Assembly (NCBI GenBank): GCA_963701075.1
Contig: OY969559.1
Location: 1,456,639-1,488,638 of the forward strand
From: an uncultured Nitrososphaerota archaeon
GTDB lineage: Archaea; Thermoproteota; Nitrososphaeria; Nitrososphaerales; Nitrosopumilaceae
Length of the DNA: 32,000 bases
Direction: 5' to 3'
The first letter of the stretch is position 1. The number at the start of each line of letters is the position of its first letter. The position numbers were made by a program, and so were the translations under genes. A model generated the notes under the pieces. It did no database searches. It was given only the letters and a program-made list of their open reading frames with translations, and was not told the origin of the DNA. Shown one piece after another: positions 1 through 7,318 of this stretch.

Positions 1-165
1 CATTGGTCCTACCAAGACTTTTGGGTATCCATAAGAGCCAACAAAAACTGAAGGCGGGCTAGAACCTTCCACATAATTTGAAGAAAACAGATTAGCATAT
101 TTTGACAGATATTCGTTCCAGTTAGATTCTATGGCTTTTCTTATGTCTGAAGCAGTTCTGGGCAA
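1..165 (-). CDS. Nre-like (DUF650/COG1602-type) DNA-repair-associated protein, N-terminal part; gene runs off the window start
   Basis: Open minus-strand frame reaching position 1, absent from the ORF track because it is open-ended. Translation: LPRTASDIRKAIESNWNEYLSKYANLFSSNYVEGSSPPSVFVGSYGYPKVLVGPM. The SSPPSVFVG..GYPKV stretch matches my recollection of the archaeal Nre family. Provisional TTG start at 165, with an in-frame TAG at 166-168. Confidence 0.4.
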   Translation of the reverse strand, partial: MPRTASDIRKAIESNWNEYLSKYANLFSSNYVEGSSPPSVFVGSYGYPKVLVGPM

Positions 166-212
166 CTATTTCTCAGAGTTCTTTGTGACTAATATATCTG
201 ATATAATCACTT

Positions 213-641
213 TTGAATTATATTCAACTGTTTTCCAAGCAGTATCAAAAATTGGCAGATGCAGAATCTTTTGGAATTGAAAAAGGCTATGGAAGGCAAG
301 CCGTAAACTGGATGAATGAGGAGGCAAAGAGATCAGATTTGAAATTTGAAGCTAGGTTGTACGACTATGAGATAACTACCAAAAATTTTGGCAATTTTGA
401 GATGTTTTCATGGATTGGAGAGTCAAAGACTGCACGTGACTTGACTATCAAAGCAAGCAGGCGGTTCAAGATCAAGGTCATAGAAGGCGGATACACGCCA
501 ATACGATTGATTATCAAAGTATCATCACGCAATGAATATGGAATTGTACGAAAGGGAGATCGTGTGATAGGACAGATCGAGTTTACTTCTTCACGATTAA
601 CAAACAGCAAATGGGTTGTGAGCAAGGAGGAGCGAAAGTAA
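213..641 (+). CDS. hypothetical protein
   Basis: 142-codon ORF from the track, starting at TTG 213 (first ATG at 312). No motif I recognise. The antisense ORF 365..625 is treated as spurious. Confidence 0.3.
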   Translation: MNYIQLFSKQYQKLADAESFGIEKGYGRQAVNWMNEEAKRSDLKFEARLYDYEITTKNFGNFEMFSWIGESKTARDLTIKASRRFKIKVIEGGYTPIRLIIKVSSRNEYGIVRKGDRVIGQIEFTSSRLTNSKWVVSKEERK

Positions 642-643
642 TG

Positions 644-1220
644 TCAAGATGTCAAATCCAGTTCGGCTTTGGCAAGAATTTGTGCTACTCTTAATGGTTC
701 AGGTACTGCTCCCTGTAACGTAAATGTGTCAAGTAGTTTTTTTGCTTCTTTTATATCACATCCTTCCACCCTGAGGTAAATGTCATGCTTTGTGTGTAAT
801 GATATCTTGGTCCTTGTACCAAGATTTTGATATTGTTTCATTTTTGACTCGTAGGAATCAGGAAAATGGTGCCTAATTGCTTCTTCCATTCCATCAGACT
901 CTTCATATGTAACACCAATAATTGGTATCTTGGTTTTTTTCCACAGTTTTATCATGTCGACTATGTTATACATTGAGATAATCAGACCTGAGACCAGAAT
1001 GAAGCTGAATATCATTACGATCTAATTTCTCATACATTGATATCATGGCATCAGTAGCATCGTCCCCTTCAATTGTGGCTTTACCAAAAACAAATCCGTC
1101 AATTACAAAGTCTCTACGCATCACGACTCCTGCCAATTTTGATTTTAAATCAGTCTCTCGAAAGCTCTCTGCGATAGCAAGTCCGCGCAAGCCTTTTTTC
1201 TCAAGCCTGAGGTGATTCAT
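644..1220 (-). pseudogene. DUF99/UPF0215 family protein with a broken reading frame (pseudogene or assembly indel)
   Basis: ORFs 966..1220 and 644..1015 overlap in different frames and together give one ~190-aa DUF99-type protein. N part: GLAIAESF...VVMRRDFVIDG...EGDDATDAMISMY. C part: FILVSGLIISMYNIVD...IPIIGVTYE...PEPLRVAQILA. The frame switch must lie between the second-frame TAG at 1022-1024 and the first-frame TAA at 966-968. Confidence 0.6.
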
Positions 1221-1540
1221 TTCTGTCCCTTTTTACAAATTTCTTATAAACCAGCCCTGTTACGACAATAAAGATAGTCTGTGATAGACGACCATGAGAT
1301 AAAGGCAACCATATCAAACTGAGCCATGTATGCTGACTGTATCATTGACAGATATTTTAGTTCATGGCGTAGATTCCTAGCTTAGATTAGGCGCTGGTTT
1401 TAACATGTGCTGCCAAGTTACTGCGACAGACCTTGACTTGATCACATCAACTCAACCAATTACAAGTTCTTGAAAGCTGCCAGATGTCATCTAAGCGAGA
1501 CAAACCCAGTTCAAGCTCTGCCAGTGGCCTATTGATAAAT

Positions 1541-1560
1541 AGGAAAAAATAGGAAAAAAT
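1541..1560 (-). terminator. oligo-T terminator candidate downstream of the EF-Tu-like gene
   Basis: Tandem 10-mer aggaaaaaat x2 on the plus strand reads ATTTTTTCCTATTTTTTCCT on the minus strand. That is two T6 tracts starting 28 nt after the stop at 1589. Archaeal RNAP terminates at oligo-T tracts. Confidence 0.35.
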
Positions 1561-1588
1561 GGCCCCTCAAGTGAACAGTATACGACAA

Positions 1589-2509
1589 TTATACAATAAT
1601 CGGCCCGCTTCCCACTATACGTATTGTTTGTGATTCGGGTTTTAAAATCACGCAGATGTCGTTTTTTACAAATGACGCGGGTTTATTGAGGGAGAGTTTC
1701 ATGGGTTTGAGAGATATTATTTTGGCAGCTCTTGTCTGCAGACCAATATTGACAAGAAATGTCTGGTTTTCTGTCAGATTATCCTTGAAGAATTTATTTT
1801 GCAAATAATCTAATGCGATATCTTGCGATACATGGATTTCGTCACCAACACACAATTGGTCCCCCCTTTGAACATCATCAGATACAATTCCCTTTACTGC
1901 AAGTCCTACTCGTGCCGGGGATACAGCCTCTTCGACTGGATCATCATGCATCTGGATTGATTTTATCACAACCTCGTCTCCTTTTGGCAATAGCTTGAGT
2001 TTGTCGTATGCCTTGATTTTACCTTGTGCAACTTTGCCAAGTATAACGGTACCTACACCTTTTACATCAAAACAGTGATCAATTGGAATTCGTGCATTTC
2101 CTTCTTGAGATACCGGCTCCAAAGAGTCCATTTCCTTTCTGAGATCTGATAGTTCCACCAGTTTGTATTGTTCCACAACAGTTCCTTTTATCATCAAAAG
2201 GAGTTTTTCTCGGTCTACCTCATAAGAGTGAGTCAGTAATCCTTTGTTCTTTTTTAGTACATCAAGTGCAACAATCTGCTCACCTGTGAATTTATCGAGT
2301 TTAGATACGTGAAAAATGACATACTCTCCCATGTGTATGGCCTGAAGAAGTGGAGGAATCTTTTCAGGAAAACCCGTAGGTATGGTCCATGTTTTTACAA
2401 AATCTGCATCTTTTTTATCATATATAGTAATATCAGTAGCAGTCCCTTTTTTGCCAAAATCCTTGGCTATTGATTCATCGCCAAGTAATGTGTAATTGAT
2501 TGATTTCAT
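1589..2509 (-). CDS. EF-Tu domain-2-containing protein (EF-1alpha/SelB-like paralogue with degenerate G domain)
   Basis: RIPIDHCFDVKGVGTVILGKVAQGKIKAYDKLKLLPKGDEVVIKSIQMHDDPVEEAVSPARVGLAVKG is a typical EF-Tu beta-barrel domain 2. The N-terminal ~140 aa lacks a canonical GxxxxGK[ST] P-loop. Confidence 0.7.
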   Translation of the reverse strand: MKSINYTLLGDESIAKDFGKKGTATDITIYDKKDADFVKTWTIPTGFPEKIPPLLQAIHMGEYVIFHVSKLDKFTGEQIVALDVLKKNKGLLTHSYEVDREKLLLMIKGTVVEQYKLVELSDLRKEMDSLEPVSQEGNARIPIDHCFDVKGVGTVILGKVAQGKIKAYDKLKLLPKGDEVVIKSIQMHDDPVEEAVSPARVGLAVKGIVSDDVQRGDQLCVGDEIHVSQDIALDYLQNKFFKDNLTENQTFLVNIGLQTRAAKIISLKPMKLSLNKPASFVKNDICVILKPESQTIRIVGSGPIIV

Positions 2510-2628
2510 TTTACTTGTGAGAATTCACAACTAGTAAAATATCTTGTGGATAGATATCAAAAATAGTTATGACATCTAACGTGACATGACAATACTAAAA
2601 CAGATGAAACAATTGATTCTCAGTTATA

Positions 2629-2943
2629 CTATACCACGCCTGTTTTATGTACAGTAACAAGACCGTTATCTCCAATAATTTCTTTAATTGCTGGCAATAT
2701 GCTTTCGATTTTTTCTAGATCATCAATTACCTCTATGATTAGTGGCATGTTAACTGATATCCCCTCTATCTGAAAATTGGATTTTCCTCGTTTACCATAT
2801 CCAGATACTCCAGTCCACACAGTAGCTCCAGAAATATCACCTTTCTTTAGAATGTCCAATATCAGGTTATGAACACGTTTTCCCTTGAATGTATCATTAC
2901 GCTTTATCCTTATCACAAGTGACCACATGTCTAGAGCTCTCAT
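2629..2943 (-). CDS. DUF190 (PII-like) protein, CrcB-associated
   Basis: 104 aa with GATVWTGVSGYGKRG...MPLIIEVID, the DUF190 pattern. Its start overlaps the crcB stop by 4 nt. Confidence 0.8.
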   Translation of the reverse strand: MRALDMWSLVIRIKRNDTFKGKRVHNLILDILKKGDISGATVWTGVSGYGKRGKSNFQIEGISVNMPLIIEVIDDLEKIESILPAIKEIIGDNGLVTVHKTGVV

Positions 2944-3329
2944 CTAAATCCCCCACCCAAAATCACACTTGTTAAAGCCCTGCCGCCAAATATGGCTCCA
3001 AGTGACAATCCCACGTTAGTCATGACATTAATTGCAACTATCAGGTATTGTTTGTTATCAATTAGATTTGAAGTTTCAAGCGCAAATGAGGACATGGTGG
3101 TCAGTCCTCCACAAAACCCGATTGCTACAAGCAACGCGTATTTTTCATCGAGGTTCCATTGCTGTGAAAAGACTGCAAATGCCCCAAGAATAAAACTTCC
3201 AATTACATTTACAAGCATTACGTTTAGAGGCAATGCACCAAGTAGTAGTGGCGATTTTGTAATACCGTACCTTAGGAATGTCCCAGCCGTTCCCCCTGCT
3301 GCAAGAAATATCAGTTCTATCATTTTCAT
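2940..3329 (-). CDS. crcB: fluoride ion channel CrcB/FluC
   Basis: 129 aa with four hydrophobic segments. N-terminal GGTAGTFLRYG and FCGGLTTMSSF motifs are typical of CrcB. Confidence 0.9.
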   Translation of the reverse strand: MKMIELIFLAAGGTAGTFLRYGITKSPLLLGALPLNVMLVNVIGSFILGAFAVFSQQWNLDEKYALLVAIGFCGGLTTMSSFALETSNLIDNKQYLIVAINVMTNVGLSLGAIFGGRALTSVILGGGFR

Positions 3330-3462
3330 ACCTGACTAGCGCAATAGTTGCTTAAATTATCTACATTTTTGTGGCTTCCAATACTGTAGAGAAAAATTTT
3401 CCCCCTAGACTTTATCGTATAACCAGATTTCAAAAACATCAAGAAGAGAATTAATTTACGAA

Positions 3463-4632
3463 TCATTGGTCAAATCTATCTGCCCAGTGTTTTCTCTCTT
3501 CGTATTGAGTAGGACCAGTTGGACCTACAACTTCGTTTGCTCTTGCTAGTTCTTGTTTTGTTACCCTACTGCTCCACCAGAAAACTCCTATTGCTACAAC
3601 TACACCAAATGCCGCCATTGAATATATCACTTGGACTGGATAATCACCAGTTGACGAGATACCGCTGCCTTGAGGTGCCTGCGGGCTTGAACCAAAATAT
3701 TCTATTTCATTGATATCTGTCACAGCTACGTAACCATCAATCTGAATACTGGCCAAGCTTGCTCTTTCTGTGTAGCTGACTGGATAATCCACATCCAATT
3801 TCAAATCAGCATTCTTAACAGTTGGAAGCATCCGCCCTTCACTAATGTTGCTCTCGCCAGTACTATATGTGGAGATAACTATTTTTTGTCCCTTATATCC
3901 AAGAATATTGGTATCGACCAGCGTATAGGCTGGGTCAAACAGGTGTTGCCACTGAGATATGGGATCAAGCAGAAGATCATTTGATGCCATCAATGGATCG
4001 TCAAATAGATTCTCTGCCGCAGTACCCTGCAACTTGTTGTAAAGATCTGGAGATTGCATTTTTATAAAATCGATTGGCGAGTTAAGGTCAAACTGGCCAT
4101 AGTTTTGGATGTTTACTAGCATGGTGCCATTTATCGTAAGCCCCATCCACTGGACATCAAGTATTGCTGCACTGTCACTTGTGGCCTTTCTTAACACATA
4201 ATTTGATACAGTTGGAATAAATGTTATCTTATAATCTACATGAGTTTCTGAATTGCTAGAATATAGCATTGCCTCATATGTAATATCAACATCTGTGATG
4301 TTTGCAGCACTACCCAGCCCTTGAGATATTTTTTGGTTAAGACTGTTTATCAGTACTTTCTTCATTGGATCAGATGGGTCAACATGGTAAGTCATGGTAA
4401 CATTTTTTCCGATAAGAAGATTCTCCAGATTTCCCCCGTTTGGATAATCAATCACATATGACCTTTGAAATTGAAATGATGGTTGTGCACTAGTTGATGT
4501 AGTGCTAAGCACTGCATTCAGCTCTACTGCATTTGCAGGTACAACAAGTCCTGCAAGAACAATCGCTGCAAGTATTAGAGAATAAGATAGATGTTTTCCC
4601 GCACCACTTTTGTTTTTGATTTTTGTGTTCAT
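3463..4632 (-). CDS. surface-exposed protein with N-terminal signal/anchor and C-terminal TM anchor (function unknown)
   Basis: The track ORF 3463..4647 starts at TTG. I prefer the ATG at 4632 (MNTKIKNKSG...), which sits 2 nt after a conserved hairpin. Hydrophobic LILAAIVLAGLVVPANA lies near the N terminus and VIYSMAAFGVVVAIGVFWW near the C terminus, followed by a charged tail. Confidence 0.6.
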   Translation of the reverse strand: MNTKIKNKSGAGKHLSYSLILAAIVLAGLVVPANAVELNAVLSTTSTSAQPSFQFQRSYVIDYPNGGNLENLLIGKNVTMTYHVDPSDPMKKVLINSLNQKISQGLGSAANITDVDITYEAMLYSSNSETHVDYKITFIPTVSNYVLRKATSDSAAILDVQWMGLTINGTMLVNIQNYGQFDLNSPIDFIKMQSPDLYNKLQGTAAENLFDDPLMASNDLLLDPISQWQHLFDPAYTLVDTNILGYKGQKIVISTYSTGESNISEGRMLPTVKNADLKLDVDYPVSYTERASLASIQIDGYVAVTDINEIEYFGSSPQAPQGSGISSTGDYPVQVIYSMAAFGVVVAIGVFWWSSRVTKQELARANEVVGPTGPTQYEERKHWADRFDQ

Positions 4633-4721
4633 TTGTCTACCTATCAATTTCCATTAGGTAGACATTATCAGCATCATTTGATGCGGTTTAGAATTTTTAT
4701 TTCAAGGCTAATGTCATAGCC
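4628..4721 (-). promoter_or_regulatory. copy A of a duplicated promoter/5'-leader module (upstream of the surface-protein gene)
   Basis: Shares exact blocks with 5412-5506: ttcatttgtctacc (14 nt), aatttccat (9), ggtagacattatcag (15) and aaggctaatgtcatagcc (18). An 8-bp stem tgtctacc/ggtagaca at 4634-4664 ends 2 nt before ATG 4632. Palindrome GGCTA-N6-TAGCC lies at 4706-4721, next to the AT-rich aatttttattt. Confidence 0.6.
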
Positions 4722-4808
4722 TATCATGCTGTATTACATGGTGCTTTTAAGGCTTTTTATGAGTTGAATATGGTCATTTAATTTGAAACGTGAAAAGTTC
4801 TTTTTCAT

Positions 4809-5297
4809 TCATGCCGGTTTTGTTTTGTCCTTGGTGTAAAAGTCAAGGAAGGATTCAAAGTCTATTGGCTCGTCTAAAATTTCTGATATTTTTGCTACTT
4901 TATTTGCTACAGAAACACATTGTTGTCTGAAATCATCTTCGTTAAATTCTATTACAGTTAGTTTTGTCTTGATGTCTTGAATCTCATCTTTTAATTTAGC
5001 ATTAACAACTAGTATCACTCTCAATCCTTTTCCTTGTGCATAGCCTATCTCTTGATTAAGCAGACTTGAATTGAGAAGATTCGAAGTTAGAATCGCAATA
5101 AAACAAATGGATGAACGAATCATATCTTTGAGTTCAGTTGAAATGAAATTGCCGTGAGAGTCTCCACCTGCCATGAAAGCCCCAAATCCTTTTTCTTCAA
5201 GTATCGATTCTAAGGTAGATGCTTTTTTATGATCTTCTTTGTCATAGCACACAAACACCTTAAATTTTCCACGGGTCTTCTTGTCTTCTGGTGTCAT
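4809..5297 (-). CDS. stand-alone TIR-like domain protein
   Basis: 162 aa. KFKVFVCYDKEDHKKASTLESILEEKGFGAF resembles TIR beta-A/alpha-A. IRSSICFIAILTSNLLNSSLLNQEIGYA resembles beta-C/alpha-C with the conserved Glu. It is followed by GLRVILVV. Recognised by eye only. Confidence 0.5.
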   Translation of the reverse strand: MTPEDKKTRGKFKVFVCYDKEDHKKASTLESILEEKGFGAFMAGGDSHGNFISTELKDMIRSSICFIAILTSNLLNSSLLNQEIGYAQGKGLRVILVVNAKLKDEIQDIKTKLTVIEFNEDDFRQQCVSVANKVAKISEILDEPIDFESFLDFYTKDKTKPA

Positions 5298-5416
5298 TTT
5301 ACCTCAATTTTTCCTGATCTATCATCGTTGATTATAATGTTTAATCGGCATGAAAGTTTCTTCCAGTTAAGACTAACTCTTCTACGTGTAATTTTGGCAT
5401 CTAGTTTGTATTTCAT
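5294..5416 (-). CDS. 40-codon upstream ORF translationally coupled to the TIR-like gene
   Basis: ATG at 5416 occupies the same position in module copy B as the surface-protein ATG does in copy A. Product: MKYKLDAKITRRRVSLNWKKLSCRLNIIINDDRSGKIEVK. Its TGA (5296-5294) overlaps the TIR ATG (5297-5295) as ATGA. It is below the ORF-track size cutoff. Confidence 0.25.
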   Translation of the reverse strand: MKYKLDAKITRRRVSLNWKKLSCRLNIIINDDRSGKIEVK

Positions 5417-5506
5417 TTGTCTACCCATCTAATTTCCATGTGGTAGACATTATCAGAGCCCATAGGACACGGTTTTGGTTTTTACACCAAGGCTAATGTC
5501 ATAGCC
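5412..5506 (-). promoter_or_regulatory. copy B of the duplicated promoter/5'-leader module (upstream of sORF + TIR-like gene)
   Basis: Same block order and spacing as 4628-4721. Stem tgtctacc/ggtagaca at 5418-5449. Palindrome ggctaatgtcatagcc at 5491-5506. The central ~32 nt are only about half identical to copy A. Confidence 0.6.
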
Positions 5507-5591
5507 GCGTATTCTGTAACCTTCTAGATCACATTTATAATTTTTGGTCAATGTGCGGTTTGTTTCATGTTTATACAATAATAGAAAAAAG

Positions 5592-6131
5592 TCAGCTTCT
5601 AAGATACCGTCCCATCAGTTCAGTTTGGTCTATTACGTGTCCATTCATAGCTTGTTCCAAATCACTTCTTGTTGCATTCTGATCAAGATTAAGAGTAGCG
5701 TCCAAGGCATAAAGGGTAAAGAAGTATCTATGTGTTCCAGAGTGAGGACATGGCCCTTTGTAGCCATGCGTTCCAGCACTTGTAACTCCTTGAGGAAACA
5801 TTACGTCTTCGCCTGCATAGAACGTGGTGTTATTGATTGGAATATTCCACATTGTCCAATGCGTAAATGGTCCTTTTGGCGCATCAACATCAACAACAGT
5901 GAGTGCAAGACTTTTTGCAGTTTGTGGAACACCAGATATCGCAAGGGGAGGTGAGATGCTATTACCATCACATGTATATTGTGACGGAATAGTTCCATTA
6001 TTTTCAAATGCCGAACTGGATAACACAAAAGTTTGATCATGTCCTATTTGAATTACATTTTCCTGTACAAGTAAGAAAGATATTGTAAAAATTGCGGCAG
6101 CAATAGGTATTACATAAATCAAAGATCGCAT
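5592..6131 (-). CDS. PEBP/YbhB-family (Raf-kinase-inhibitor-like) protein with N-terminal signal anchor
   Basis: SSAFENNGTIPSQYTCDGNSISPPL...DVDAP...FTHWTMWNIP...GYKGPCPHSGTHRYFFTLYALD is the classic bacterial/archaeal PEBP signature. Confidence 0.85.
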   Translation of the reverse strand: MRSLIYVIPIAAAIFTISFLLVQENVIQIGHDQTFVLSSSAFENNGTIPSQYTCDGNSISPPLAISGVPQTAKSLALTVVDVDAPKGPFTHWTMWNIPINNTTFYAGEDVMFPQGVTSAGTHGYKGPCPHSGTHRYFFTLYALDATLNLDQNATRSDLEQAMNGHVIDQTELMGRYLRS

Positions 6132-6241
6132 GTGAAAACTAGGCTGTGCTTTTAAATAAATTAATTCAAGGCCGGGAATGCCTCTAAAAGACAGGTAAGA
6201 AAATTACAAGATTTTAATAGATTTGAGAATGAACTAGAGCT

Positions 6242-7318
6242 GTGGTCGTAGACGTAATTAGGACAATCAATAGAGTTGGCAAGTGGTCTTTGAATAGAGC
6301 AGTTGGAAAAAGGAGACCTCTGATTGCAGTTTTTAGCCTCACCCATTATTGTAATTATTACTGCCCCATGTGTCCATTTGGAGATCCAGACAAGCAAGGA
6401 CAGATAAAGTTTGCAAGTAAAAATGACTTGACAACTGATCAATGGAAGCAGATTTTTGATAAAGTTGCAGAGTATTGCATTTGGTCCATAATAGAGGGCG
6501 GAGAACCTACAAGCAGACCTGATTTCATGGAGCTTGTGCGCCACGTGTACAGCCTCAAATTACCTATCACGTTGATTACAAACTGTTCATTGTTACATAC
6601 AATTGATCTTGATGAACTAAAAAACTACGTTCAGTTCATTACATGTAGTATAGATTCGGTATTTGAAGAATCTTATTGCAAAGTTCGCGGAGTTACTCCT
6701 CAGATGTATCAACGCGTAATGCAAAACCTACAATTGTTGACAGAACACAAGGTACCACATTACTTCAATTCGGTCATAACCAAGTTTAACACAAAAGAAT
6801 TCATCGACAAATCATATTTTAAAAGGGCAAAAGAGCTTGGCGTAAGTTCAGTTTCTCTGACCTTTGTAGAAGACAGATCAGATGTAGATTATTCTCTGCT
6901 TCCTGACAGGGAGACCATTGTGAAAGTTTGCCAGAGTGTACTTGAACACATTCACAGTAAAGAAGATCCTCAAATCATGATCCCACCGCAATACTTTGAA
7001 CAGATAATCGAACACGGTCGTGGCATGTATGATGAGTGCGGGGTGTGGAAGAGCATCTTTGTGAATGGAAATGGCACAGTCATGGTACCATGCTGGAAAT
7101 ATAGCAAACCAGAGAACACGTACAACCTTCTTGAAAAGAGCGTGGACGAAATCTGGAGTGCGCCACAGTGGGAGATTGCAAAGACATGCCATGACTGTGA
7201 AGTGTTGGGATGTATATGGTATTCTTCACAGCCGGTAACAACTTTTGCCCAAAACTATATGCGAGGGCTATCCAAGATGATTAACCAGCGTGTTCCTGAA
7301 ACAGCACAGCAAATCTAA
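6242..7318 (+). CDS. radical SAM protein with C-terminal SPASM/twitch-like Cys cluster
   Basis: CNYYCPMC (CxxxCxxC) sits at residues ~37-44, with IEGGEPTSRPDF as the GGE motif. C-terminal cysteines: CGVWKSIFVNGNGTVMVPC and CHDCEVLGC. GTG start at 6242 taken from the track. Confidence 0.8.
   Translation: MVVDVIRTINRVGKWSLNRAVGKRRPLIAVFSLTHYCNYYCPMCPFGDPDKQGQIKFASKNDLTTDQWKQIFDKVAEYCIWSIIEGGEPTSRPDFMELVRHVYSLKLPITLITNCSLLHTIDLDELKNYVQFITCSIDSVFEESYCKVRGVTPQMYQRVMQNLQLLTEHKVPHYFNSVITKFNTKEFIDKSYFKRAKELGVSSVSLTFVEDRSDVDYSLLPDRETIVKVCQSVLEHIHSKEDPQIMIPPQYFEQIIEHGRGMYDECGVWKSIFVNGNGTVMVPCWKYSKPENTYNLLEKSVDEIWSAPQWEIAKTCHDCEVLGCIWYSSQPVTTFAQNYMRGLSKMINQRVPETAQQI

Noticed and set aside
3330-3462. 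Possible fluoride (crcB-motif) riboswitch upstream of crcB
   Set aside because: I read the minus-strand leader and found neither the conserved GAUG...CCUAC-type core nor a pseudoknot-compatible pairing. I saw only an AT-rich promoter-like stretch.
4628-5506. Integron-like gene cassette with attC-type repeats flanking the TIR-like gene
   Set aside because: The repeats lack the RYYYAAC/GTTRRRY core sites, and no integrase is present in the window. Each repeat ends exactly at a start codon, which fits a promoter/leader better than a recombination site.
6151-6183. Third partial copy of the module upstream of the PEBP gene (ttcaaggc next to an AT-rich box and a 4-bp palindrome AGGC-N7-GCCT)
   Set aside because: Only 8 nt are shared, and a 4-bp inverted repeat is expected by chance. 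It may simply reflect a common BRE/TATA context.
5229-6544. ORFs 5229..5432(+), 5544..5954(+), 5801..6040(-), 5824..6036(+), 6161..6544(-)
   Set aside because: They overlap the TIR-like, PEBP and radical SAM genes, antisense or out of frame, and have no motifs. The annotated genes carry clear family signatures.
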